Part shown: piece by piece, positions 9,441 through 23,363 of the stretch
Numbering within the stretch: the first letter of the stretch is position 1
Layout: the number at the start of each line of letters is the position of its first letter
From: Toensbergia leucococca
Taxonomy: Eukaryota
Direction: 5' to 3'
Length of the DNA stretch: 41,120 nt
Assembly: GCA_022813965.1 (NCBI GenBank)
Contig: JALDZS010000202.1
Span: 1 to 41,120, forward strand
Position numbers and translations under genes: made by a program
Notes under the pieces: generated by a model
Told to the model about the DNA's origin: nothing
Database searches by the model: none
What the model saw: the letters and a program-made list of their open reading frames with translations, nothing else

Positions 9441-12400
9441 ATGTCGCTTGACGCTGCTACCGCCAACGAATTGATTGCAAAGCTCGCCGCAGACAGGGAG
9501 GCTTACCTCGGGACCTTGGATCGAGCCCACGAACTCGTCGCCCAAGCACTCGCTGCCGCCGGAGGCACCAATCAGCCTCGTCTGACCACCCGGAACATCC
9601 GCCGTGCCACTGGTTCGACTGGCACCAATGTCAATGTTCTTCCAGCCGATGTTGAAAGCGTGCAGAAAGGCTCCGTCTTCTCCGCCGAAGATGAACCCGA
9701 TACCGAAGATGACGAATCTCTGTTTGTACAGCAGAGCTTGCCTCCCGAATCTTACGACGAAGAAGGTCTTCGACGACATATTCAGGAATTCGACTGGCCC
9801 GCACCCACCCGTGCTGTTCTGAAGGATATCCTTGAAGATGAAAATTTTATAAAGAAGAAGTGCCTATTTCCAACAGAGCCAGGTCCAGTTGAAGACCGCT
9901 CCCATCTTACACATTACAGCATATTCGATGTAGGTAATGATGGTGCACCACTAGAGAAACAGCTTCCGGTAGATTCGACCCGTACGTCGAGAGCATTGAC
10001 CATATGGAATTTAATCAACGTGAGCATTATTTCACCAAAGAAACATTCATCAATGCAGTGGCTCTAGATTTCGAAGCTGATGATGACTGGAACAGAATAT
10101 CAATATGGATCCTTCTAAACGACAAGCCGTCGGTAGAATCACGTAAGTGCATTTAAATTGTATGTGTTGGATTCGTGGAACGGTGCGAGGCAGCAGACAC
10201 TACTATGTAATTTACTTCGCTCCTGGATCATACGTCCAGAAAATGTAGCTGGCTGGCAGCGTGAAAGGCTTTCATGCCGGGTGTCATGGATAACTCATGC
10301 ATCATCTGCTGATATAACTATAGGATTGTCCGAGAGCCTTCGCCTATACTATTTGCAGCAGTCCATTACTGCCTTCACAAGCATGTCGACATAGACGAAC
10401 TTTACAGACTACTTGTTGACGATGCTCCAGTTCTTGTAGGCCCCCATCTTGTAGCGTGCTACAAGCCCGGACGAATTGGCTTCTAGATAGCAATGTGACG
10501 GGACTGACCGATCCACAGTATTACCCACCTCGGGCATTCGCAGACGATATGCGGCACCGAAGGGGCTTCTCAATCTCATTTGAATTCTTTACTATTATTG
10601 GAGAAGGATGCAAGCCGATGGCGTCAGTTGACCATTGCAATGCACAGAAGAATCTTCTTGTCTGACGTTCTTTAGATGGCAACACTCTGAGGAACACTTG
10701 TCGGATACCAAATCGCACATACCCATCACTAGATGTAGCTCAACTGTTGCGCTTTCGTTGGAGGGACCGCCAATCTCAAAAGTCAGGAACAAAGGTAGAG
10801 CGGCTAAGCGGATTACTGGGGATGTCTTCGATCCTTTCGCCCCTTGGCGGGTTGTGTCGGTCCAAGCCTATCCTGATTGGAAGAGTTCCATTGACTCTCA
10901 CGACTCCACGAAACATTATGTCAATGGCCCTGAAGCATTCATGATCACACTCCGGGCCGAATACAAAGACGCTCAGAAACGACTAATGGAAATCTATACA
11001 CAAATCTCCCACCTTGTCCGACCTCCCGTAAGTGTTGATTCCTTTAGATTACAACAAATGATTTGCTGTCAAACGTCTTGGGGCTTCTCATTAGGCGGAA
11101 CTCGGTCTTTTCTTCGTACGTGACTGTAACATCCACTGACCATAATTCAAGACGGACTTTATGTTCAATAGAGACACGAGAGATAAATTATTGTTTGAGG
11201 ACGACGAATTTACCTATTCGCGGAGATACTTCTGGGCCTACCAAGCCTTGGGGATTATGAATGAAGATATTCAAGAGATGGTCTCTGCTTATAAGGACAC
11301 TTTCACCGACAATGTTTGGGCTGGTCATAATAAAACTATCTGGCCCGGTGATGAATCAGTATCATCGCGGTATGCCCATTGGAGGAAAAGGATGGCATCT
11401 ATTAGAAAGGATATGGATGTAAGCTAATATGGGTGATGATACTGCCTAGATTCTGCTAATCCTAGTCCTGCAGTATGATATTCACAGGCTCGAAGAGATC
11501 GAGTCTCTCAACCTCGAAAAAATGAGAGAGATCAAGGGCTTGCGTGATAACGTATGTGGTCTCTCTCTCAAGGCCAATTCCCACCTTACTCGCAATTGGC
11601 TATGCATTTAGCTGACTGACTTGTCTTTGCCCATCAAAGCTCTTTAGTGGTACTTCTGTGCTAGAAAGCCGACGATCAGTTCAACAAGCCACGATCACTG
11701 TGCAGCAGGGTCGAAATATCAAACTGTTGACTCTCGTAAGTATTGAACGCAATATGTTGAGATTGAGAACCCAGCTGACAAGATGATGTCAAGGTCACTA
11801 TCTTTTTCCTCCCCTTAACCTTCGTCACCTCTGTCTTCGGCATGACGAACATGGATCAGTCAGCCAACTTCAATAGTTTTGCTATAGTAACACTGACCAT
11901 ATGCGTGCCGACATATATGCTCATCGGATCATTGAACACGACTACTGGCCTCGACTTTTGGATGCGGGAGACGGATAGATTCTACTCCTATCTTGGTCGT
12001 CTAGCAGCCAAATCACTAGCGCTGGTTGGATATACGCCCAAGTGGGCCATTGCCATGAATGAGAACTCGCGGCCGGAGCCAGGTGACTCGCGGCCGGAGC
12101 CAGGTGAGCCGCAACCTTTTCCCTTCACCGTGCCCCCCTCTCAAATCGCAGAACGATAATATTGTGTTGCAGAGCCTACAAATCTCGGTGTGATCCGCCC
12201 AATGAAAGGCCGCTCTCAGTCCGCCTCTGAAGGCATGGCCGCGCGCATGAACCTCGAAAGACCCCCCGTCATGTCTCCCAGAGAATCACATCTCAAACTA
12301 GACAGCTCCGCCTCCACTTCAGAAGCCCTCGCCATATCAGGCAACGAGCCACGAATCCACTTTCATTCCAGCACCTCCGCCACAGGCCCTGACCTACCCA

Positions 12401-12591
12401 CCAAGAATGGCCAACACGGAACAATGACCACGCACCGCAAAGGTTTGACCGACTCAGGCCTGCCTATTCGCTCTGATGGGTCTAATTTTACGGCTAGAGA
12501 AGAACCGACGCAACAAGGGTTGTTTTCCGGACTTTGGAACTGGGGCTCCAAATCTAAGAAAGGGACTGGAAGAGAGATGGAGCAAGTCTGA
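9441..12591 (+). CDS. CorA-like Mg2+ transporter-domain protein, about 10 exons
   Basis: Exons splice in frame through GT-AG introns (donors near 10020, 10143, 10436, 10623, 11027, 11419, 11552, 11736, 12104). The C-terminus QGRNIKLLTLVTIFFLPLTFVTSVFGMTNM plus a second hydrophobic helix is the CorA-type TM signature. Confidence 0.8.
12065..12106 (+). repeat. Perfect 21-bp tandem duplication spanning a splice donor
   Basis: actcgcggccggagccaggtg occurs twice. Confidence 0.9.
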
Positions 12592-13715
12592 GCTTCGGAT
12601 ATTGATGAATCGCACCCACTATCTCATGAGAAACATGACCGGGATTGTACTTATGAAAAAATTTGATCCTTTACGAATTACGACTTTTACGAAGCTCATG
12701 GGAGTTTGAAAAAGCTCTCTTCCCCAAATACCACCGAGTACTGCTCTAGGAACCTGCGCACATGGATCAGAATTTCATCACTATGACCTACGCAGGCTTC
12801 CATATCCTGTGACTCAATTCGTTTCTTACCGACGACGTAGCCATTTTCCAATTCCGAACGTAGCTCTCTGCTGGAAGAGAAATTTTTTTCTTCTTCTTTG
12901 AAGAATTGATAGGTAGGGAGATCTGATCAAGCGAGAGAGCAGACTTCGAATCTTTCAAGTACAATCTTCTTACCCAGGACTCAACAATAGCCAAATATTC
13001 CTCCTCCTGCAGGCCATGAAGCACTTGGCACCCGTGGGACTGCACCGCTACATATCCTCATGCTCCTCTGAGAACACCCTAGTTCACTTGAGTTTTCCCT
13101 CTCGCAACTTACAAGACGGCGTCCTCGCACCGTGTGACTTGGAAGTTTCTTTGCCAAGATTGAATGGGAAAACGAGTGGTTCTTTAGCAAAATGTTCGAA
13201 AACCATCCATGGCACGAATTGCCTCGAACGTTGGCGCTACAACATGAATGCTTGCAAGGGGGTCCAATCCACCGACCTAGAAACTCCAGCATGTCAATCG
13301 CCTCTATTCCCCCACCATCTCAGACCAACGAGAACGCCAACATGCAACTCCCTCCCCCAAGGCCCGCTCCCTAAGCTACACACTCAAGTCTACTCGAAAC
13401 CCCCCTAAAAGCTCGTTAGACTAACGAAAGCCAAAAAAAAAAAAAATCACCCCGCAATCTAGAGAAAAACCAGCCTACGAAAAACAACCATTTCCTGACT
13501 CACGCCAAAAAAACAACAACAAAACCAGACCGATCGACCGGCGGGCCAGTATATCTGGATATCACAAAGCAAGGCGGGTTGCATCCGTCCGATCACCCTT
13601 TGTCCGGGAATCCATAGAGTATATAAGGTTTGCGGACAATTGTGTGGGGAAGGGAATGAGATTGATAAAGGGTAGGAAGGCAGGAGGGATGTGTCCGAAA
13701 TCGAATAAAGTGATA

Positions 13716-13749
13716 GGATTGGAATGGATTGGATTGGATTGGATTGGAA
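13716..13749. repeat. (GGATT)n pentanucleotide microsatellite
   Basis: ggatt ggaat ggatt ggatt ggatt ggatt ggaa. Confidence 0.85.
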
Positions 13750-14111
13750 GCGTTCGAGGATATCTATACATTTCCGAATGCTTTGTACAAAAGCCTAGCT
13801 ACAGATTGCGAATAGGACTGTTGGGCATGATATAAGTAGCCTTGGGATCCAACAGATATGGGGGTATGGTCAACATAGGTATTCGAATGTTGCTCGCACG
13901 TCATTCGATCAAACTTCTTTCACGAGTAAGAATATTCAGCCCAAACCACTTGATGCAAGTATATATGACTCAACGAAGCTAAATTACACACCCGACAATC
14001 TACACCGAGCGGACCGGCACCACCAAGAAGCCCCTTGTACGAAAAGGCGCCCATCAAAATAAATAAATACATGGCAGCGCACAATCCACACCACTCAACC
14101 CCTCTGATTCC

Positions 14112-17100
14112 TCATTCCCCCTCCTCCTCCAAAACAGTCTTGAAGCTGAACGGCTCAAACGGAACCTATAAGAGCAACACATCATCAGCAATCCCATCTC
14201 CCCAACAGTGGAATAAGAAATTGCCGGACAACGTAAAAGCATAGAAGAAACAAACTCACCCCATCACCCATAAAATGCTTGCTCATAGCCTCCACCCAAT
14301 GCAACCTCAAGGCATGCAACATAGCGCTCGTGCCCTCCATAACGCACAAAATGGCAAGGGTGAGGAAGAACCAGAGGTAAAAGGTGCAGACCGTCAGGAT
14401 GACACCTACAACGCCAGTCATACCAAAGGCAATGCTAATCGTCATGTTCCAGAGCACGATCGAGAGCTGTTGATGAGCGAGGGAAAGGGCCCAGAGCCGA
14501 AGGTAGGATGCCGTGTGCGAGACGCAGTTTAGGCAGAATTCTATATCCGTGTAAGCGGCAAGGATAGGGATAGGCTGTACGCGACCACGCTGGGACACTC
14601 ACCAATCGTATGAATAGTCTGATGGATCATGACCTCTGAGAACTCGAATTCTTCGTGCTCCTCGTCACCAATGTCCTGAGTGATCATCGCAGCTGCCTCG
14701 TGGTCCGATCCCATACTATCCCGGCCCCCGTTCATAGCATGGCCGTCTTCGTCGTCTGCGTCGAGCGCACTTACTCGCGACGTTTCCCCAATCCCTCGGT
14801 AGCCCATGGCGCGAGCCTTATTGTTCTCGTATCGCAAATACAGTGGTTTGAGTAGTAGCAAGATTGGCACACAAGCTACGGCGATAAGCAGGAGGGTGAC
14901 CTGTACGAATTTCTGGCCAGGATACAGGATCTCGGTAACTGTACCTGGTTGGAGAAACATATAGATAAGCATGTTCAGCAGCCCAGGTGGTGGCTTCCCT
15001 ATGCCATTCCAGTCGATGCACCACTTGTAGACGATGGTGAAGACGAGGTAACCGAAAATTGATTGGAAGAAAACCATCCCTGGAACGAAGTTACCCCAGA
15101 TGTCGATGGGAGACTTGAAGTGACGAGCGTTGACCAATGACAGGCACAATGAATATGTCATCTACTTGTGTGTCAGTAGTACTACTTACAATTCTTGTCA
15201 CGGCAAACACTTACGTGGCTCCATCCCAGTAAGATACTCAATTTCATTTTGTAGCTATTCGAAAACAACAGCTCGTTCTCGGTATCGTGCCATGCCCAAT
15301 CAACACCGAATGGGTATCTGTAGCCGTCTTTCAGGGTGGCCTCAATGGCCGTTCCCTCTTCGAAGTCGTGAGGCCACTCCCATTGACTTGGGAAAAGACT
15401 CAAGGCTTTTGAGAAGGCGTCGTTGTATATTAAGCCAGTGTACATGGAGAAGATTCCCATCAATAGCATGATGTAACGTCCAAAGAAAGCCATGGAGAAC
15501 AGTTCGTCCAATTTTTGCTTTTGCAATCTCCGTTCATAATAAATCATAGCGGTCGCCGCGCAAGTCATGATAAGGCCATGGCCAAAGTCTCCGAACATGA
15601 CGGCAAACAGGAAAGGGAAAGTTACAATGGTTGGTAAACCGGGATTGACTTCTGTGTATTTTGCAGTGCCATATGCATCAATGATAGTCTGGAAGCCCTC
15701 GGTGAATTTGTTTATTCTGTTGTATGTCGGAGGGGTCTTTGAGGTCTTGATTTGATTGACAATCGTAGGGACTGATAGTCCGGCTCGATCGTTCACGTCT
15801 TGCAGGGTTGACTTGATCAGGGGTAGCGAATTTGTAGGACACCAAGCCTCAGCTATCAGAGTTTTTCGGGCCTGGTCATATGAGCATCGATTGAGAGTTT
15901 CGTACACGGCCTTCTCCTTTTTGATGACGATCATCCAAGCCGCCAGACTCCGAGCAATCATTGTAAGCTCTGCGTCTAACGTCTGCTTGGTGTTGCGTAG
16001 AACGCTTGCAAGGTCGCTCAGACGAGTATTGACCTCGTGTATCTGATCACGGCGTAGCTCACTGTTCTCGTCGACACTGTAAAGGTCGGCCCCTAATGAT
16101 TCCGAGATCTTACGTATTTTTGCAATGATCTCTTTGCCATGGGCGAAGATGACAAAAACACTCTTGTGGATCTCTTCGTTACTCACAGGATCGATAATAG
16201 GTTCCGGAATTTCTGACTGGTTCATGTATAGGTTCCCTCGAAGTGTCCGCCAAAGAATTCGCTCGAAAGCCGCAATACGATCTCTAGGAATTACACCAGC
16301 TACGAAGCCGATGTTCATTACGGAGAATGACTGTTGCCCCTGCGCATCTCCATTTTGACCTCGTGGCTGCTGCTCAACATCTTGTAGTAGCGGTGCCTCG
16401 TCGTTATCTGTGGATTGCCGGATATTGTCGACATTGCCATGAGCCTTGAATGCCTATCAGCTTGAGCAAGACTCTCGCAAAATGAATATGTTAGACGTAC
16501 TCGATCAAAGAAACCGCCCGCTTCCCTCAAGACCCACCGCCACTCGGTGAGTTCTACCTCGCGCTTCTTTAGAGTCTCATAGCTATCATTGAGGGACGCT
16601 ATTCTTTGTTCCAGGCTTTCACTTCTGTCGGCAAGCTCATCTATCTCTGATGCTGAGGGCGCTGCAAGGATGTTGGAGAATTCATGCCGTGGCCGCATGG
16701 GTATTGACTCTTTGTCGACTTGAGATTGGAAGTATCCTACTCCCGCTTAGTACTCGTTTGACAGCTTATCTAGTCTGATCATACGTAATTGCCTCTCAAC
16801 ATTATCCAATCTCCTTATTTCCATCGTAAAAGTTCTTTGGAAAGCAGTCGTGTCCGAATTGAGCTTTGACGCCAATTAATGTTAGCAAGAGCCCATGGCA
16901 TCCGAGGTCGCTATCACCGAGGACATGATACAAAACGAGCAGGACATCCTCCAAAATGCTAAAGATTCAGGAAGAAGCTGGTCGACACCCCTTTGTACGG
17001 GAAGCTCAGAGCTTTCGTCCGTGCCTTTTCCGCGATAGTCCATGTAGGAAACCTGTGATGGGAACTTACGTCTCGAAATTGAACCTCTCCGATTTCTCCC

Positions 17101-17198
17101 AGTGCACTGACGACTTCCCGACCGATCTCATTGGCAATATATAGTTGGGTCAAGGACATGTCCGCAGAGCGGAAAAGGGTATCTTTGGGAACACCCAT
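14112..17198 (-). CDS. VPH1: V-type proton ATPase V0 subunit a, multi-exon
   Basis: Motifs [59 protein letters not shown] and [10 protein letters not shown]. Last exon [17 protein letters not shown] ends at TGA 14114-14112. Confidence 0.96.
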
Positions 17199-18782
17199 GA
17201 CGAAAGGTATCAGGGAGTCCTGCCCTCAGAGGGCTCCCGGAGGACGTACGGTTGAGAAAAGGGAAATGGTCGGACTAGGATGTCTTGTGCTAGAAGGGGA
17301 GTAGCGAGATAGCCTGGAGCTTTTCGGTTCTGGCTGAAGCTTGGGGTTGGAAGTTGATGGCTTGATGGTGATGAGGCAACTTTGGAGATAGGTGGATCGC
17401 TTGACTAGTGCGCCAAGCCACGCCTTACCTTACTCGCCTTAGAATACTTGTATGCCAAGGATCGAGGAGATCACTCACAGCGGAAAAATCGTGCATCAAG
17501 CCCTCGAGTTCTTGACATGCGCAAAATTTTCTTAAGACTTTAGACCACCATTCCGCCTAATATCAGCATTAGAATTCACTTCTCTTCAAAGACTGATTTC
17601 TAAGCCTCTATATTTACAGGCACTGTATCATGAAGACAGAATATTATCTCTTCTTAATGTTCAGGAGTTTAAACGGCTGCACTTGAATCTATTGCAGATA
17701 TGTGGTTGAGAGTAATCTGTCGTCCAAGTATCCTACAGATCTGTAGTATGCAGGTACTCACTTTCACAACGAGGTAAAATCTCTCAGTGAGTCACCCTGC
17801 TTGTGTAATCTCTACTCAAACCTAATGGAGCATGCAGACAGCTGGAGCAAGCTGCTCAAATAACGCTGATGTGGAAATCTGATCTCATGTATAGCTATTG
17901 ACAGGGATAATCTCTAGCATATAAAAGGCGTTTGCCCGTATCTGACAATTCTAAAACACCGGCATCTTCTGCAAAGAATTCCTCACTCTCTGACAGAACT
18001 CAGTATTTGGAATACGGTTTGTGGACCTTCTCAACAAGAACCATCTTGCCCTGAGAAAATTTCCGAACACAGATCTGCTCAGACTAATAGATTAATACAA
18101 TGGAAAACGCTCAATTGCTGTCAATTCATCCTTCACGGCTTGGAGAAGGGACCTATCATTTCAATACAACGAGGCATCCCCTTTCTTTCCAGGCGTTCCG
18201 TCAACAGACAGACACTGACAATGGGAGATGAGAATTTGGGCTTGTGGGATAAAGTAGAGAGTGGTTAGCTAAAGCAAGGCGATTGTGCAAAACTGGCTGG
18301 AGAGCAGACAAAAGTGGACCATGCGTCATGAATATTTAACCACGCGGTCTCAGTATAGTGACATATCTTTATAATTTGTACAATGCATTCAGTTTAGATT
18401 TGAAACAGAGGTAAGGTACATGAATCAAGGGGTTTGCAATGCTTGTCGCCTTTTCTAGAAGCTTTCGCCATGCAATATGCTCAGCAAGGGTGCAAATTTT
18501 CATTGACAGAGAGAGAACGTACCGGGCTGTTCACATATAAAACTCCCTTTTGATGAGCAGAGGAGGAAGATACTGGGGCACTCACGCCTGGAGCTTGTTT
18601 TGGTTAGCAGCGAGATTGAAATACTGGTATGTTAACAAATGATACGTGTTGTGATTTGCAGCGAGCAGGAACACTGGGATCATTTTAGAAACCCCTTTAG
18701 TCTCCAATAATGTAGCCAGAGATTCATCATCATTCATCCATCGTCCATCATCCAACATTGCCTGGATTGGGCAGAGTACAGA

Positions 18783-20463
18783 CTATGTTTTACTAGTGCC
18801 CTTATACCTAAATCCCCATGTTAGTCCATTCCTTCAATAACAGCACCATGTATTGATCATAATTACTTTTTCACAATCCTCTCGATTCCATCCAGTCCCT
18901 TCTTCAACGTTTCCATCTTGGGCCCGTAACTCAAGCGCACAAAATGGTGGCACGGACTGTCAAAGAGATCCCGGCGTTTAGCAGGATTGAGATCGAAAAA
19001 AATTCCAGGCACGACGATGACCTTTTCCCCAAGGCAGGCTTGGAAGAAGTTGAGCCCGTCATTGATTTCCTCCGGTAGGCCACTCAAGTCTAGCCAGATG
19101 TAGAATGTTGAGTCCGGAATCCGCTTAATCTGAAATCCTATCTCCTTAAGTCGGCCAAGCACAAAATCGCGTTTGTCTCGGAAATGTGTTTGTAGAGCCT
19201 TCATCTCTTCCAATACTTTGGTAGGTTCGAGCATCGGGATAGCAGCTTCTTGAAAGGGAACGTTAGCTCCTCCATCGAGATACGAGCCGCAGGAGCCAAT
19301 AGCTTTGATGAATTCTTTTGGCCCAACTATCCAGGCGATTCGCCAGCCAGGGAGGCGAAAACGCTTTGTGAGTCCATCAATTAGAAGAACGTCATCACTA
19401 TCAACATCTACGATATTATCAGCTGCGCTAACTGTAGTCCCATCACAGTCACTCGTATAGTTGTATCCTCTAATAGAAGATTAGGGCATGTCTTGAGTAG
19501 CAGTAATGTGAATAGAAGAAAGAATCATACCCGTAGAACTCATCCATAACGAGTGTTGCCCGCTCGCGGCATATGTCCTGGATCTGAGCAAGCTGAGGGT
19601 TGGCAACGACCTGGCCAGTAGGATTACGTGGATTCGAAGTCAGGATCACCGAGGTACCACGAGAGAGTTCCTCAGCAATCTTGTCCGGGTGAATGTGATA
19701 GCCATCAGCCTCACTCAATGGGGATGGAATAGCAGCAAACTATGGATGGTCAATTAAAGATCAAGCTTCAACAAATCAGGAAACATACATTGCGGAAAAG
19801 AGACAACATCTCGTTGTAAGCCGTATAATCCGGGATGAAGAACCCAAGGTATGCATTATTGAGGACAGCAGCAATTCGAATCAACCCAGCCCTTCCACCG
19901 GGCACTTGAGGAAGATTCTTAGCGGCCATACTTGGATATAATTGGTGAGGGGAACCGCACCAATACAGACATTCTCCCATGAGTATTGGCTTTTTTTGCC
20001 CTTACGATGATGTGCGTTGTACAGGTTTGCTACCGCCGCTCGCAATGGCTTGATACCTGCTGTCGGTCCATATTCTCGACCTGACATGGAGACATCGACA
20101 TGTTTTGGTCTTTCAAAGCTACCCTTGATATCGTCATCAACTTCTGGAGCACCCTGACCGAGATTTGCCCATGCATCAGGATCATCCAAGAAGCCATGCT
20201 CGTATGCCCTCTCCGTGGTCCATACTACGCCTGTAGAGGCTCGAGAAGGATCGAGTCCGGCGTGCGGACGATGTCCTTCATGAGCCTCACGGAATTGGCG
20301 ATGGATTGAAGACGACTGTTCACTGACGTACGTATGCGCATTTAGCTCATCGAAGCTCCATTAAGAGGCATCATTTAGCTCACTTTGCACTTGTAGAGAA
20401 ACTCCTATCTCGCGGCTGTCCGCTTCCCTCATTAATTGAGAATTTCCGCCCTGAGAAGGACAT
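18783..20463 (-). CDS. PLP-dependent class I/II aminotransferase (aspartate aminotransferase-like), multi-exon
   Basis: Motifs NLGQGAPE, YGPTAGIKPLR, SNPRNPTG, MDEFY, GLTKRFRLPGWRIAW (PLP lysine), FYIW, VPGIFF and VRLSYG. A short last exon ends at TAG 18785-18783. Confidence 0.9.
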
Positions 20464-20937
20464 GTTGGATTTCCAAGCAAGTAGTTAGTTGATGAGGAGC
20501 GGTAGAAGGGAGAAACTTCAATATTATTGTTGCATTCCTTGATTCCAAGTGTAAGATAAATGATTGGTAGCTGCGAGATTAGCGTGCCAGGTAAGGTATT
20601 TAGTGCGGGGTGTTGACGTGGGGTTTCGGAGTATGGAGTACGTGTCCAATCAATGTAGAAAAGGAGAAATATGTACAGAGTATCCGTACGCAGTGTGCAT
20701 TAGTCAATGCTTGGTAGAAGATGTGCTGGTACCCTCAATTGTAAGAAGGTATCAATTGTGATTAAAGTTATTTCCTTCAATGCTGATCGTATCAAGAGCC
20801 TGTTTTCCAGTCCGTAATCGTTAAAGGTCTGTTGAGACTACCTACCTACTCATATTCATAAGTGTACCGCTCCATCATGGGCAAAGAGACGCAGCCCGAA
20901 CACCGCGCTAATGTAACGTCATTGACTGTACCATAAT

Positions 20938-23363
20938 CTATAGCTCCTTCTTGCCCTCCTCACTCCCCGGGGTGACAGCCCCAGAGTCAGCAAACTCCCA
21001 ACTTCCATGTCTGTTTCTTTCCTTGCCTCTCTCTCGCATAGCCCCTCTGATTTTCTTGCTCACTTCGTCCAGGCTTTCCTTCGAACCGACTGCGCTAAAT
21101 TTCTTGAAAGGGATACTTCCCGTCAAACCTGCGAGACTACCGCTGGAATTACTTCGACTTGAGCTCCGACTAGGAGGACGACTCGCAAAAATGCCAATAT
21201 TGCCCAAGTTGTGGAAGGACTCATTGCGAGGAAGATGGGCTCGTATAGAAGAGACTCCGCCAATGCTAGCATCAGCATGGGTACTGCTGGTGGGTGATGG
21301 AGGTATTAAGCCATCTGGATAAGAACGTGATCCGCGGGTTGATGTGGGACTCAGAGGTTCTTGGTATGTATCTTCGCGAAGCGGATCTGCGATGATGCGT
21401 GCGTTATCAAAGTCTGGGAACATCTCTGGGCCCAAAGTGTTGATGACTTCGGTAACTTCGAGAGAGATTTTAGCACGCTTTTTCCGTAATTTGACTAGAG
21501 TATTTGCAGAGGTTGGGTTGAGAGAAAGAACGAGAGGGCGCAGTGACTTTAGAATGTCCATCCCAGTCTCGCCAAATCGTAAGGCTGCGAACGTGATAGA
21601 CGGAAAGAAGACAACTCCGAATGCAATGACCATCCAGATTGGTACCCAATCCGGCATATAGCCCTGGACGCGATTGCGGTAGGTCCACCAGGTCAAGAGT
21701 GTGGTATAAAAAGCGTAGAGCAGCGGTGCGAATGCGAGTGCTACAAGTAGTTTCCATGTAGCTAAAACATCTCTTCCTTCAAGCTTCACCGTAGAAGCTG
21801 CAAGGGCCTCCCGAGACTTCTTGATGGATATGATTTTTGAAGCAACAAAGACTGGCGCGAAAAGAACCAATCCTGGCAAGGTACCAATCGACATGACAGC
21901 AAGTTTTCCAAGTCTGTAAATTAAGGTGAAGACAACTTTAAGAACGGAAAACTTCGCATACTCTACTTGATAGTCTCGCAGGCCAAGCAACCACAATTGC
22001 TTGTTGTACTCCTTGATAGATTTTTCTAGAGTGACGATTCTAGGATCGCTTTTGTAGTAGGTATAGCCCTTTACGAGTCGCCGATTGAGCTCCACAATCA
22101 TGGGTAAAGGCAATTTCTTTCCGGAAGGATTATACAAGCGGCGTACTGCTTGTATGAACTACCCAGGATCAGCAATAGTCTCGCGACTCGGTACCAGTAG
22201 CGACAAACCATGAGAGTATTGTAATCTGGACTCGTGACAGTCACAGCAACCAAAGACTGGTAGACAGTTTCAAGCAGCTGACTAGTTGCTTCACGCCTTT
22301 CACCACTCCTGTACAGTTCGACCAATTCTGTCGGTACATCTATTGGATTGCCGAATTCTATCACGGCCCGTGATCTGAATTTATGAGCATGAAAGTAGTT
22401 CATGCCACATGGAACTATCTTCAAGCCGGAGTCTGGATGCGCTGCTAGAGATCCAAGAGCCATGATAGCGACACCAGCTTCAATTCATTAGCCCTTGCAC
22501 TCATGTAGAGCTGGTGAGATATAATAATACCTTTCAGAGGGAGGAGTTCCGGTCTGTCATGGCTGCCACCCTCGGGAAAGATAGCTACACAGCCACCAGA
22601 TTCAAGTCTCTCAAAGACAGCATCGTACACTTTCGTCTGGTCTACTTTTGGGGCAGTCTTGAAGCTTGAACCCTCGAAGCTGTCCAAAACATCTCTCTCC
22701 CCGTGGCCACCACCATTGATAAATTTACCTTGTTTGTTGACATCGCTTCTCCCGGTAAGCTGTTTTAAAGCGTCCGGTCCTTTGAACTCCTTCTTTATAC
22801 GTAATTCTTCCGGCCCATGAATCTCCAGAATTTCTGCATTAGCAGCTGTACCATTGACCGTCGGTAAGACTACCAGGCCCCCGACTGGAGCTTGAGTTTC
22901 GAATTGTGTCTTGAACCCTCGGACAAGCGTAGGGTCGTCCACGGGGTTCGGTAGGTAGATCTTTCCCTGGGCCACCTTCGCGGCATCGAGCGCCCTTCCT
23001 ACCGGTACTGCACCGCACCACTTTGCGTATGTGCCAACAAACTTCCTTTCCATAGACTTTGCAGCAACGAGAATCGAAATACGACGGTGTGCTTCTCGTC
23101 GAAGGACTCTCATAAGTATGACAGGATCAACAAACTATAGGCGGAGCTTAGCAACTAATAGCACGGGCACAGGCTTGATGAAAGCTGCTGACCTGATTCG
23201 CATGAGGGGCAGCGACAAAGATCACTGGTCCTGTCTTCGGTACTTTCCAGGATCCGCGAGGGTGGATTTCTCTGAAGAACAAATCCACCAATATTGAAAG
23301 CTGCCAAAGTAGTACATCGTATATCCAAGGGATCAAAGGCACCAGCTCTTTACGCCTTGCCAT
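20938..23363 (-). CDS. SCT1: Glycerol-3-phosphate/DHAP O-acyltransferase (Sct1/Gpt2 family), 4 exons
   Basis: Acyltransferase blocks APHANQFVD (across an intron), FPEGGSHDR and IVPCGMNYFHAHKFRSR, plus C-terminal TM helices. Confidence 0.92.
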
